Assembly: GCF_009914755.1 (NCBI RefSeq)
Contig: NC_060948.1
Source: the human T2T-CHM13v2.0 reference genome, Homo sapiens
Strand: one strand, 5' to 3'
Length of the DNA: 64,000 nucleotides
Part shown: one piece after another, positions 1-19,232 of the stretch
Numbering within the stretch: position 1 is the stretch's first letter
Layout of the letters: every line of letters starts with the position of its first letter
The notes under the pieces: generated by a model
The model's input: the letters and a program-made list of their open reading frames with translations, nothing else
Told to the model about the DNA's origin: nothing
The model's database searches: none
Made by a program: the position numbers and the translations under genes

Positions 1-795
1 GGATTCGAGTGGAATGGAATCGAATATAATGGAGTCGAATGAAATGGAATTGAAAGGAATGGGATCGAATAGAATGGAATATACTGGAATGTAATGTAAT
101 GAAGTCGAATGTAATTGACTGGAATGGAATGTACATGAATGGAATGTAATCGAATGGAAAGTAATCCAATGGAATAGAATCTAATGCAATAAAATCGACT
201 CAAATGGAATAGAATGTAATAGAATGGAATGCAGTGCAATGGAACGGAATGGAATGCAATGCAATGGAGTGGAATGGAAGGGAATGGAATGGGATGGAAT
301 GGTATGTAATGGATAGGAATGGACTGGAGTGAAATGGACTGGAAAGGAATGGACTCAAATTGAAAGGGCTCGAAAGGAATGGAGTCAAATGGAATGGTCT
401 GGAATGGAATGAACTCGAATGTAATGCAGTCCAATAGAATGGAATCGAATGGCATGGAATATAAAGAAATGGAATCGAAGAGAACGGAAACAAATGGAAT
501 GGAATTGAATGGAATGGGAACGAATGGAGTGAAATTGTATGGAATAGAAGAGAATAGAATGGAATGCAAGCGAAAGGAAAGGTATGGATTGGAATGGAAT
601 GGAATTCATTGGAATGGAAGGGAATGTAGAGTAATGGACAGGCCTGGAAAAAACTGGAATGCTACGGTCTCGAATGGAATAAAAATGTATGGAATGCAAT
701 GCAATGAAACGGAATCAAATGTCATAGAATGTAATGGAATGCAAAAAAATGGACTCCGAAGTCATTGACTGGAAAGGCTGGGTGTCGAAAGGAAT
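1..795 (+). repeat. DYZ1: HSat3 / DYZ1 satellite, end of block (canonical HaeIII-type unit)
   Basis: Diverged GGAAT pentamers carrying DYZ1 landmarks (GGCTGGGTGTCGAAAGG at ~776-792), EcoRI GAATTC at 602 and HaeIII GGCC at 641. The reverse complement from 642 (CCTGTCCATTAC..CATTCCCTTCCATTCCAATGAATTCC) resembles the start of the classical ~3.56-kb DYZ1 unit as I recall it. Confidence 0.93.
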
Positions 796-2040
796 AAATA
801 ATATACATTATATAAAATATATATATTATGTCTATGTTATATATATTATAAAACAACATATAATAATATATAATTGTATACATAAAATATGACATATAAT
901 ATATATTTTATTTGATGACATATAATATATATTATATATTATATATAATACGTTGTATGTATGATACCTATATTAAATAGATATTATAAGAATATGCTAT
1001 TAAATACATGTCATATATGTTATATATTATGTATTTTACATAGAATATACTGGTTACATATAATATATTCTATGTTACCTATAATGTATAATTTATTACA
1101 TATAATACGATGAATGTCACATATTATATATAATTTATAATATACAATATGTGGAATGTGATATATATAACATAAAATATATGATATATGATATACAATA
1201 TATGATATATAACACACAATATATGATACACAATATATATGGTATACAATATATACTTTATGATATGTATTATATATGTTTTACATTCTGTTATATATAC
1301 CTACTTGAAATTATATATAACTGTATAATATTTTATGTAAATATGTAATATAATATATAGAACTATGTAATATATTATATATAACTATATATTATGTTAT
1401 CTATAGTTTTATTACATAATTTACATAAAATATCACAATATAATATTTATTATATTATTTTATATTACATAATATATATTATATATCACACAATATAAGT
1501 TACATACATAATATTAAAATATAGATTATATTATGATATATTAAATATCATATATATCATGTATCATATATTGTATAATATATATTATACATTATATAAT
1601 ATGCAATGTGTCTGTTATGTGATATATATAACTATATATATAATTATATTATTATATGTATAACTACATAAACATGTAATTCTATAGATTTTCATTTATA
1701 ATATTTATAATTATATAATCATATATATTTATTTATATTCTATAAAAAATTATATCATTATATAAATTATAATATATATAAATTATAATATGTACTAAAA
1801 ATATATATATTATATATCATGTATGATATAGTATATATGTTATATATCATATTGCATATAACTATGTATTATGTTATCTATAATCATATATTTTCCTATA
1901 TAAGATATATAATATGTATTATATATTATATATGTTTTGTAACCTATATAGTATATATAAGATGACACAGGGTAAATATTATATACTATGATGTATAAAA
2001 TATATGAGGTTATATGTTAGATATAAAGCATAATACATAA

Positions 2041-2356
<316 letters not shown>

Positions 2357-2937
2357 GATCCATATTTTTCAAATGAAAAAAAATTTCAAAGCTACTCTGC
2401 TTGGTACAATAATCAAATGTATAAACTGAGGAATAAAACATAACCATGAAACATACTTATAACTGCATATGGAAAATACAGAGGATAATTTTTTAAATAA
2501 CATATTTTGAAAGCCTTAACTAGTAATTGAAAGAGTTGGCATTTGAAAGGCCAGTATGAATATACCTTCAAAGCAGCAACACAGGTTCCCCATGAGAAAA
2601 ATCAAACTCAGGGAAAATGAAACCACAAAGGTTCAATCTCTTCTGACCTTTGAAAGACACAGCACAGACAGTGGCCCTTAGGACCAAGAGCAGGAGACCC
2701 CTAATCCCGTCACCATGGCGATAGGGCATAAACATTGCTGGGTGAGGGCACAATCCACATTGAGGGGTCCAAATGCTGCCAGGAAGACAGAAGTGCTTCT
2801 ACATAGACCGAAAGGTCACTGAAGGCTCAGAGTTTTGATTCAAAAACTGAATCCCAAGCCCACACGTTATTGTGCTGCGCTTCTTAAAACAAGTTATGAG
2901 ATGGGAAATAGGGCACCCACAAACATACGTATACATT
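2357..2937. repeat. HSATI-like non-Alu subunit of DYZ2 (unit 1; present in all 10 units)
   Basis: About 580 bp of mixed-composition sequence follows each Alu. Other copies at ~4769-5350, 7176-7757, 9584-10165, 11998-12579, 14407-14988, 16820-17401, 19233-19814, 21648-22228 and 24034-24615. The name comes from known DYZ2 structure; end coordinates are approximate. Confidence 0.75.
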
Positions 2938-4768
<1,831 letters not shown>

Positions 4769-6884
4769 AGATCCATATTTTTCAAATGAAAAAAAATTTC
4801 AAAGCTACTCTGCTTGGTACAATAATCAAATGTATAAACTGAGGAATAAAACATAACCATGAAACATACTTATAACTGCATATGGAAAATACAGAGGATA
4901 ATTTTTTAAATAACATATTTTGAAAGCCTTAACTAGTAATTGAAAGAGTTGGCATTTGAAAGGCCAGTATGAATATACCTTCAAAGCAGCAACACAGGTT
5001 CCCCATGAGAAAAATCAAACTCAGGGAAAATGAAACCACAAAGGTTCAATCTCTTCTGACCTTTGAAAGACACAGCACAGACAGTGGCCCTTAGGACCAA
5101 GAGCAGGAGACCCCTAATCCCGTCACCATGGCGATAGGGCATAAACATTGCTGGGTGAGGGCACAATCCACATTGAGAGGTCCAAATGCTGCCAGGAAGA
5201 CAGGAGTGCTTTTACATAGACCGAAAGGTCACTGAAGGCTCAGAGTTTTGTTTCAAAAACTGAATCCCAAGCCCACACGTTATTGTGCTGCGCTTCTTAA
5301 AACAAGTTATGAGATGGGAAATAGGGCACCCACAAACATACGTATACATTACGTATATAATAATATACAGTATCATATATATAATATATATAACCTATGT
5401 ATAATATTGCTTTACATCCTGCATCTTATATTATATATATTGTATATAATATAATAATTGATAATATATAAGATTATATTTATACATTATGACATACAAT
5501 ATATATTATACTTTATGACATATATAATATATATTATATATCATACATAGAATATATTATATGGTTAATATACGTATTATATATAACTATACATTATATA
5601 TATTATTTGTAATATATCTGTTATATATAATATACTTTATATATAATATATATAATGTCTATGTTATATATAGTATAAAACAACATATAATAATATATAA
5701 TTGTATACATAAAATATGACATATAATATATATTTTATTTTATGACATATAATATATATTATATATAATATATAATACGTTGTATGTATGATACCTATAT
5801 TAAATATATATTATATGACTGTGCTATTAAATACATGTCATATATGTTATATATTATATATTTTACATAGAATATACTGGTTACATATAATATATTCTAT
5901 GTTACGTATAATGTATAATTTATTGCATATAATTTGATGAATGTCATATATTATATATAACTTATACAATGTGTGGAAGGTGATATATATTACATGAAAT
6001 CTATGATATATGATATACAATATATGATATATAACATACAATATATGATACACAATATATATGGTATACAATATATATTTTATGATATGTATTCTATATG
6101 TTTTACATTCTGTTATATATACCTATTTGAAATTATATATAACTGTATAATATTTTAAGTAAATATGTAATATAATATATAAAACTATGTAATATATTAT
6201 ATATAACTGTATATTATGTTATCTGTAGTTTTTTTACGTAATTTACATGAAATATCATAATATAATAATTATTATACTATTTTATATTACAAAATATATA
6301 TTATATATCACACAATATAAGTTACATACATAACAATAAAATATAGATTATATGATGATATATTAAACACCATATATATCATGTATCATATATTGTATAA
6401 TATATATTATTCATTATATAATATGCATGTTGTCTGTTATGTGATATATATAACTATATATATAATGATATTATTATATGTATAACAACATAAACATGTA
6501 ATTCTATATATTTTCATTTATAATATATTTAATTATATAATCATATATAATTATTTATATTCTATAAAAAATTATACCATTATATAAATTATAATATATA
6601 TAAATTATAATATGTATTAAAATATATATATTATATATCATATATGATATAGTATATATGTTATATATCATATTATATATAACTATGTATTATGTTATCT
6701 CTAATTATATATTTTCCTATATAAGATGTATAATATGTATCATATATTATATATGTTATGTAACCTATATAGTATATATAAGATGACACAGGGTAAATAT
6801 TATATACTATGACGTATAAAATATATGAGGTTATATGTTAGATATAAAGCATATTACATAACATATAATATATATCATATATAA

Positions 6885-7175
<291 letters not shown>

Positions 7176-9291
7176 AGATCCATATTTTTCAAATGAAAAA
7201 AAATTTCAAAGCTACTCTGCTTGGTACAATAATCAAATGTATAAACTGAGGAATAAAACATAACCATGAAACATACTTATAACTGCATATGGAAAATACA
7301 GAGGATAATTTTTTAAATAACATATTTTGAAAGCCTTAACTAGTAATTGAAAGAGTTGGCATTTGAAAGGCCAGTATGAATATACCTTCAAAGCAGCAAC
7401 ACAGGTTCCCCATGAGAAAAATCAAACTCAGGGAAAATGAAACCACAAAGGTTCAATCTCTTCTGACCTTTGAAAGACACAGCACAGACAGTGGCCCTTA
7501 GGACCAAGAGCAGGAGACCCCTAATCCCGTCACCATGGCGATAGGGCATAAACATTGCTGGGTGAGGGCACAATCCACACTGAGAGGTCCAAATGCTGCC
7601 AGGAAGACAGGAGTGCTTTTACATAGACCGAAAGGTCACTGAAGGCTCAGAGTTTTGTTTCAAAAACTGAATCCCAAGCCCACACGTTATTGTGCTGCGC
7701 TTCTTAAAACAAGTTATGAGAAGGGAAATAGGGCACCCACAAACATACGTATACATTACGTATATAATAATATACAGTATCATATATATAATATATATAA
7801 CCTATGTATAATATTGCTTTACATCCTGCATCTTATATTATATATATTGTATATAATATAATAATTGATAATATATAAGATTATATTTATACATTATGAC
7901 ATACAATATATATTATACTTTATGACATATATAATATATATTATATATCATACATAGAATATATTATATGGTTAATATACGTATTATATATAACTATACA
8001 TTATATATATTATTTGTAATATATCTGTTATATATAATATACTTTATATATAATATATATAATGTCTATGTTATATATAGTATAAAACAACATATAATAA
8101 TATATAATTGTATACATAAAATATGACATATAATATATATTTTATTTTATGACATATAATATATATTATATATTATATATAATACGTTGTAAGTATGATA
8201 CCTATATTAAATATATATTATATGACTGTGCTATTAAATACATGTCATATATGTTATATATTATATATTTTATATAGAATATACTGGTTACATATAATAT
8301 ATTCTATGTTACGTATAATGTATAATTTATTGCATATAATTTGATGAATGTCATATATTATATATAACTTATACAATGTGTGGAAGGTGATATATATTAC
8401 GTGAAATCTATGATATATGATATACAATATATGATATATAACATTCAATATATGATACACAATATATATGGTATACAATATATATTTTATGATATGTATT
8501 CTATATGTTTTACATTCTGTTATATATACCTATTTGAAATTATATATAACTTTATAATATTTTATGTAAATATGTAATATAATATATAAAACTATGTAAT
8601 ATATTATATATAACTGTATATTATGTTATCTGTAGTTTTTTTACGTAATTTACATGAAATATCATAATATAATAATTATTATATTATTTTATATTACAAA
8701 ATATATATTATATATCACACAACATAAGTTACATACATAACAATAAAATATAGATTATATGATGATATATTAAACACCATATATATCATGTATCATATAT
8801 TGTATAATATATATTATACATTATATAATATGCATGTTGTCTGTTATGTGATATATATAACTGTATATATAATTATATTATTATATGTATAACAACATAA
8901 ACATGTAATTCTATATATTTTCATTTATAATATATTTAATTATATAATCATATATAATTATTTATATTCTATAAATAATTATATCTTTATATAAATTATA
9001 ATATATATAAATTATAATATGTATTAAAATATATATATTATATATCATATATGATATAGTATATATGTTATATATCATATTATATATAACTATGTATTAT
9101 GTTATCTCTAATTATATATTTTCCTTTATAAGATGTATAATATGTATCATATATTATATATGTTATGTAACCTATATAGTATATATAAGATGACACAGGG
9201 TAAATATTATATACTATGTCGTATAAAATATATGAGGTTATATGTTAGATATAAAGCATATTACATAACATATAATATATATCATATATAA

Positions 9292-9583
<292 letters not shown>

Positions 9584-11705
9584 AGATACATATTTTTCAA
9601 ATGAAGAAAAATTTCAAAGCTACTCTTCTTGGTACAATAATCAAATGTATAAACTGAGGAATAAAACATAACCATGAAACATACTTATAACTGCATATGG
9701 AAAATACAGAGGATAATTATTTAAATAACATATTTTGAAAGCCTTAACTAGTAATTGAAAGAGTTGGCATTTGAAAGGCCAGTATGAATATACCTTCAAA
9801 GCAGCAACACAGGTTCCCCATGAGAAAAATCAAACTCAGGGAAAATGAAACCACAAAGGTTCAATCTCTTCTGACCTTTGAAAGACACAGCACAGACAGT
9901 GGTCCTTAGGACCAAGAGCAGGAGACCCCTAATCCCGTCACCAGGGCGATAGGGCATAAACATTGCTGGATGAGGGCACAATCCACATTGAGAGGTCCAA
10001 CTGCTGCCAGGAAGACAGGAGTGCTTTTACATAGACCGAAAGGTCATTGAAGGCTCAGAGTTTTGTTTCGAAAACTGAATCCCAAGCCCACAGGTTATTG
10101 TGCTGCGCTTCTTAAAACAAGTTATGAGATGGGAAATAGGGCACCCACAAACATACGTATACATTATGTATATAATAATATACAGTATCATATATATAAT
10201 ATATATAACCTATGTAAAATATTGTTTTACATCCTGTATCTTATATTATATATATTGTATTTAATATAATAATTGATAATATATAAGAATATATTTATAC
10301 ATTATGACATATAATATATATTATACTTTATGACATATATAATATATATTATATATCATATATAGAATATATTATATGGTTAATATACGTATTATATATA
10401 ACTATACATTATATATATTATTTGTAATATATCTGTTATATATAATATGCATTATATATAATATCTATATTATGTCTATGTTATATATACTATAAAACAA
10501 CATATAATAATATATAATTGTATACATAAAATATGACATATAATATATATTTTATTTTATGACATATAATATATATTATATATTATATATAATACGTTGT
10601 ATGTATGATACCTATATTAAATATATATTATATGACTATGCTATTAAATACATGTCATATATGTTATATATTATATATTTTACATAGAATATACTGGTTA
10701 CTTATAATATGTTCTATGTTACCTATAATGTATAATTTATTACATATAATAAGATGAATGTCATACATTATATATAATTTATAATATACAATATGTGGAA
10801 TGTGATATATATAACAGAAAATATATGATATATGATATACAATGTATGATATATAACATACAATATATGATACACAATATATATGGTATACAATATATAT
10901 TTTATGATATGTATTATATATGTTTTATATTCTGTTATATATACCTATGTGAAATTATATATAACTGTATAATATTTTATGTAAATATGTAATATAATAT
11001 ATAAAACTATGTAATATATTATATATATCTATATATTATGTTATCTATAGTTTTATTACATAATTTACATAAAATATCATAACATAATATTTACTATATT
11101 ATTTTATATTACAAAATATATATTATATATCACACAATATAAGTTACATACATAATATTAAAATATAGATTATATGATGATATATTAAATACCATATATA
11201 TCATGTATCATATATCGTATAATATATATTATACATTATATAATATGCATGTTGTCTGTTATGTGATATATATAACTATATATAGTTATATTATTACATG
11301 TATAACTACATAAACATGTAATTCTATATATTTTCATTTATAACATATATAATTATATAATCATATATAATTATTTATATTCTATAAAAAATTATATCAT
11401 TATATAAATTATAATATATATCAATTATAATATGTACTAAAAATTTATATATTATATATCATATATGATATAGTATATATGTTATATATCATATTACATA
11501 TAACTATGTATTTTGTTATCTCTAATTATATATTTTCCTATATAAGATGTACAATATGTATCATATATTATTTATGTTATGTAACCTATATAGTATATAT
11601 AAGATGACACAGGGTAAATATTATATACTATGACGTATAAAATATATGAGTTTATATGTTAGATATAAAGCATATTACATAACATATAATAAATATCATA
11701 TATAA

Positions 11706-11997
11706 TTTTTTTTTAGAGAGGGTCTTGCCCTGTTGCACAGGGTGGACTACAATGGCGTCATCTTTGCTCACTGCAACATCTGCCTCACGGGTCCAAGCGA
11801 TTGTCCTCCCTCAGCCTCCCAGGTAGCTGGGACTACACCACACTGGGACTACACCAGCTGCCACCGTGCCTAGCTAATTTTTTGGATTTTTCGTAGTGAC
11901 AGCGTTTCACTGTATTGGCCAGGATGGTCTTGATCTGTTCACCTTGTGATCCCCTTGCCTTGGCCTCCAAATTTGCTGGGACTACAGGCCTGAGCCA
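11706..11997 (-). mobile_element. Alu in DYZ2 unit 5
   Basis: Same antisense Alu motifs. Confidence 0.95.
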
Positions 11998-14114
11998 AGA
12001 TACATATTTTTCAAATGAAAAAAAATTTCAAAGCTACTCTGCTTGGTACAATAATCAAATGTATAAACTGAGGAATAAAACATAACCATGAAACATACTT
12101 ATAACTGCATATGGAAAATACAGAGGATAATTTTTTGAATAACATATTTTGAAAGCCTTAACTAGTAATTGAAAGAGTTGGCATTTGAAAGGCCAGTATG
12201 AATATACCTTCAAAGCAGCAACACAGGTTCCCCATGAGAAAAATCAAACTCAGGGAAAATGAAACCACAAAGGTTCAATCTCTTCTGACCTTTGAAAGAC
12301 ACAGCACAGACAGTGGTCCTTAGGACCAAGAGCAGGAGACCCCTAATCCCGTCACCATGGCGATAGGGCATAAACATTGCTGGGTGAGGGCACAATCCAC
12401 ATTGAGAGGTCCAACTGCTGCCAGGAAGACAGGAGTGCTTTTACATAGACCGAAAGGTCATTGAAGGCTCAGAGTTTTGTTTGAAAAACTGAATCCCAAG
12501 CCCACAGGTTATTGTGCTGCGCTTCTTAAAACAAGTTATGAGATGGGAAATAGGGCACCCACAAACATACGTATATATTATGTATATAATAATATACAGT
12601 ATCATATATATAATATGTATAACCTATGTAAAATATTGTTTTACATCCTGCATCTTATATTATATATATTGTATATAATATAATAATTGATAATATATAA
12701 GATTATATTTATACATTATGACATATAATATATATTATACTTTATGACATATATAATATATATTATATATCATATATAGAATATATTATATGGTTAATAT
12801 ACGTATTATATATAACTATACATTATATATATTATTTGTAATATATCTGTTATATATAATATGCATTATATATAATATATATATTATGTCTATGTTATAT
12901 ATAGTATAAAACAACATATAATTATATATAATTGTATACATAAAATATGACATATAATATATATTTTATTTTATGACATATAATATATATTATATATAAT
13001 ACGTTGTATGTATGATACCTATATTAAATATATATTATAAGACTATGCTATTAAATACATGTCATATATGTTATCTATTATATATTTTACATAGAATATA
13101 CTGGTTACTTATAATATGTTCTATGTTACCTATAATGTATAATTTATTACATATAATAGGATGAATGTCATATATTATATATAATTTATAATATACAATA
13201 TGTGGAATGTGATATATATAAGGTAAAATATATGATATATGATATACAGTATATGATATATAACATACAATATATGATACACAATATATATGGTATACAA
13301 TATATATTTTATGATATGTATTCTATATGTTTTACATTCTCTTATATATACCTATTTGAAATTATATATAACTGTATAATATTTTATGTAAATATGTAAT
13401 ATAATATGTAAAACTATGTAATATATTATATATAACTATATATTATGTTATCTATAGTTTTAGTACATAATTTACATAAAATATCATAATATAATATTTA
13501 TTATATTATTTTTTATTACAAAATATATATTATATATCACAGAATATAAGTTACATACATAATATTAAAATATAGATTATATGATGATTTATTAAATACC
13601 ATATATATCATGTATCATATATCGTATAATATATATTATGCATTATATAATATGCATGTTGTCTGTTATGTGATACATATAACTATATATATAATTATAT
13701 TATTACATGTATAACTACATAAACATGTAATTCTATATATTTTCATTTATAACATATATAATTATATAATCATATATAATTATTTATATTCTATAAAAAA
13801 TTATATCATTGTATATATTATAATATATATCAATTATAATATGTACTAAAAATATATATATTATATATCATATATGATATAGTATATATGTTATATATCA
13901 TATTACATATAACTATGTATTATGTTATCTATAATTATATATTTTCCTACATAAGATGTATAATATGTATTATATATTATATATGTTATGTAACCTATAT
14001 AGTATAGATAAGATGACACAGGGTAAATATTATATACTATGACGTATAAAATATATGAGGTTATATGTTAGATATAAAGCATATTACATAACATATAATA
14101 TATATCATATATAA

Positions 14115-14406
14115 TTTTTCTTTAGAGAGAGTCTTGACCTGTTGCACAGGGTGGACTACAATGGCGCCATGTTTGCTCACTGCAACATCTGCCTCACGGG
14201 TCCAAGCGATTGTCCTCCCTCAGCCTCCAAGGTAGCAGGGACTACACCACCCTGGGACTACACCAGCTGCCACCGTGCCTAGCTAATTTTTTGGATTTTT
14301 CGTAGTGACAGCGTTTCACTGTATTGGCCAGGATGGTCTTGATCTCTTCACCTTGTGATCCCCTTGCCTTGGCCTCCAAATTTGCTGGGATTACAGGCCT
14401 GAGCCA
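14115..14406 (-). mobile_element. Alu in DYZ2 unit 6
   Basis: Same antisense Alu motifs. Confidence 0.95.
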
Positions 14407-16527
14407 AGATACATATTTTTCAAATGAAAAAAAATTTCAAAGCTACTCTGCTTGGTACAATAATCAAATGTATAAACTGAGGAATAAAACATAACCATGA
14501 AACATACTTATAACTGCATATGGAAAATACAGAGGATAATTTTTTAAATAACATATTTTGAAAGCCTTAACTAGTAATTGAAAGAGTTGGCATTTGAAAG
14601 GCCAGTATGAATATACCTTCAAAGCAGCAACACAGGTTCCCCGTGAGAAAAATCAAACTCAGGGAAAATGAAACCACAAAGGTTCAATCTCTTCTGACCT
14701 TTGAAAGACACAGCACAGACAGTGGTCCTTAGGACCAAGAGCAGGAGACCCCTAATCCTGTCACCATGGCGATAGGGCATAAACATTGCTGGGTGAGGGC
14801 ACAATCAACATTGAGAGGTCCAACTGCTGCCAGGAAGACAGGAGTGCTTTTACATAGACCGAAAGGTCATTGAAGGCTCAGAGTTCTGTTTCAAAACCTG
14901 AATCCCAAGCCCACACGTTATTGTGCTGCCCTTCTTAAAACAAGTTATGAGATGGGAAATAAGGTACCCACAAACATACGTATAGATTATGTATATAACA
15001 ATATACAGTATCATATATATAATATATATAACCTATATATAATATTGTTTTACATCCTGCATCTTATATTATATATATTGTATATAATATAATAATTGAT
15101 AATATATAAGATTATATTTATACAATATGACATATACTATATATTTTACTTTATGACATATATAATATATATTATATATCATATATAGAATATATTATAT
15201 GGGTAATATACGTTTTATATATAACTATACATTATATATATTTTTTGTAATACATCTGTTATATATAATATACATTATATATAATATATATATTATGTCT
15301 ATGTTATATATAGTATAAAACAACATATAATAATATATAATTGTATACATAAAATATGACATATAATATATATTTTATTTTATGACGTATAATATATATT
15401 ATATATTATATATAATACGTTCTATGTATGATACCTATATTAAATATATATTATATGACTATGCTATTAAATACATGTCATATTTGTTATATATTATATA
15501 TTTTACATAGAATATACTGGTTATATATAATATATTCTATGTTACCTATAATGTATAATTTATTACATATAATATAATGAATGTCATATATTATATATAG
15601 TTTATAATACAATATGTGGAATGTGATATATATAACATAAAATATATGATATATGATATACAATATATGATATATAACATACAATATATGATACACAATA
15701 TATATGGTATACAATATATATTTTATGATATGTATTCTATATGTTTTATATTCTGTTATATATACCTATTTGAAATTATATATAACTGTATAATATTTTA
15801 TGTAAATATGTAATATAATATAAATAACTATGTATTATATTATATATACTATATATTGTGCTATCTATAGTTTTATTACATAATTTACATAAAATATCAT
15901 AATATAAAATTTATTATATTATTTTATATTACATAATATATATTATATATAACACAATATAAGCTACATACATAATATTAAAATATAGATTATATGATGA
16001 TATATTAAATATCATATATATCATGTATCATATATTGTATATTATATATTATACATTATATAATATGCATGTTGTCTGTTATGTGATATATATAACTATA
16101 TATATAATTATATTATTATATGTATAACTACATAAACATGTAATTCTATATATTTTCATTTATAATATATATAATTATATAATCATATATAATTATTTAT
16201 ATTCTATAAAAAATTATATCATTATATAAATTATAATATATATAAATTATAATATGTACTAAAAATATATATATTATATATCATATATGATATAGTATAT
16301 ATGTTATATATCATATTACATATAACAATGTATTATGTTATCTCTAATTATATATTTTCCTATATAAGATGTATAATATGTATTATATATTATATATGTT
16401 ATGTAACCTATATAGTATATATAAGATGACACAGGGTAAATATTATATACTATGACGTATAAAATATATGAGGATATATGTTAGATATAAAGCATATTAC
16501 ATAACATATAATATATATCATATATAA

Positions 16528-16819
<292 letters not shown>

Positions 16820-18940
16820 AGATACATATTTTTCAAATGAAAAAAAATTTCAAAGCTACTCTGCTTGGTACAATAATCAAATGTATAAACTGAGGAATAA
16901 AACATAACCATGAAACATACTTATAACTGCATATGGAAAATACAGAGGATAATTTTTTAAATAACATATTTTGAAAGCCTTAACTAGTAATTGAAAGAGT
17001 TGGCATTTGAAAGGCCAGTATGAATATACCTTCAAAGCAGCAACACAGGTTCTCCATGAGAAAAATCAAACTCAGGGAAAATGAAACCACAAAGGTTCAA
17101 TCTCTTCTGACCTTTGAAAGACACAGCACAGACAGTGTTCCTTAGGACCAAGAGCAGGAGACCCCTAATCCCGTCACCATGGCGATAGGGCATAAACATT
17201 GCTGGGTGAGGGCACAATCCACATTGAGAGGTCCAACTGCTGCCAGGAAGACAGGAGTGTTTTTACATAGACTGAAAGGTCATTGAAGGCTCAGAGTTCT
17301 GTTTCAAAACCTGAATCCCAAGCCCACAAGTTATTGTGCTGCGCTTCTTAAAACAAGTTATGAGATGGGAAATAGGGCACCCACAAACATACGTATACAT
17401 TATGTATATAACAATATACAGTATCATATATATAATATATATAACCTATGTATAATATTGTTTTACATCCTGCATCTTCTATTATATATATTGTATATAA
17501 TATAATAATTGATAATATATAAGATTATATTTATACAATATGACATATACTATATATTATACTTTATGACATATATATTATATATTATATATCATATATA
17601 CAATATATTATATGGTTAATATACGTATTATATATAACTATACATTATATATATTATTTGTAATACATCTGTTATATATAATTTACATTATAAATAATAT
17701 ATATATTATGTCTATGTTATATATAGTATAAAACAGCATATAATAATATATAATTGTATACATAAAATATGACATAATATATATTTTATTTTATGACATG
17801 TAATATATATTATATATTATATATAATACGTTGTATCTATGATACCTATATTAAATATATATTCTATGACTATGCTATTAAATACATGTCATATATGTTA
17901 TATATTATATATTTTACATAGAATATACTGGTTACATATAATATATTCTATGTTACCTATAATGTATAATTTATTACATATAATATAAGGAATGTCATAT
18001 ATTATATATAGTTTATAATATACAATATGTGGAATATGATATATATAACATAAAACATATGATATATGATATACAATATATGATATATAACATACAATAT
18101 ATGATACACAATATATATGATATACAATATATATTTTATGATATGGATTATATATGTTTTAAATTCTGTTATATATACCTATTTGAAATAATATATAACT
18201 GTATAATAGTTTATGTAAATATGTAATATAATATAAATAACTATGTATTATATTATATATACTATATATTGTGCTATCTATAGTTTTATTACATAATTTA
18301 CATAAAATATCATAATATAATATTTATTATTTTATTTTATATTACATAATATATATTATATATAACACAATATAAGTTACATACATAATACTAAAATATA
18401 GATTATATGATGTTATATTAAATATCATATATATCATGTATCATATATTGTATATTATATATTATACATTATATAATATGCATGTTGTCTGGTATGTGAT
18501 ATATAAAACTATATATATAATTATATTATTATATGTATAACTTCATAAACATGTAATTCTATATATTTTCATTTATAATATATATAATTATATAATCATA
18601 TATAATTATTTATATTCTATAAAAAATTATATCATTATATAAATTATAATATATATAAATTATAATATGTACTAAAAATATATATATTATATATCATATA
18701 TGATATAGTATATATGTTATATATCATATTACATATAACAATGTATTATGTTATCTCTAATTATATATTTTCCTTTATAAGATGTATAATATGTATTATA
18801 TATTATATATGTTATGTAACCTATATAGTATATATAAGATGACACAGGGTAAATATTATATACTATGACGTATAAAATATATGAGGTTATATGTTAGATA
18901 TAAAGCATATTACATAAGATATAATATATATCATATATAA

Positions 18941-19232
18941 TTTTTTTTTAGAGAGGGTCTTGACCTGTTGCACAGTGTGGAGTACAATGGCGCCATCTTT
19001 GCTCACTGCAACATCTGCCTCACGGGTCCAAGCGATTGTCCTCCATCAGCCTCCCAGGTAGCTGGGACTACACCACACTGGGACTACACCAGCTGCCACC
19101 GTGCCTAGCTAATTTTTTGGATTTTTCGTAGTGACAGCGTTTCACTGTATTGGCCAGGATGGTCTTGATCTGTTCACCTTGTGATCCCCTTGCCTTGGCC
19201 TCCAAATTTGCTGGGATTACAGGCCTGAGCCA
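18941..19232 (-). mobile_element. Alu in DYZ2 unit 8
   Basis: Same antisense Alu motifs. Confidence 0.95.

Noticed and set aside
1150-1162. GTGGAATGTG inside the DYZ2 AT domain as a remnant of HSat3
   Set aside because: A single pentamer is too short to show shared origin, and neither junction uses it.
2568-2753. Recurrent 61-aa ORF (MCPHPAMF...) and 68-aa ORF (MFQKLNPK...) in DYZ2 units
   Set aside because: They recur only because the unit is tandemly repeated. They use non-ATG starts, are missing from some units and resemble no protein family I recognise.
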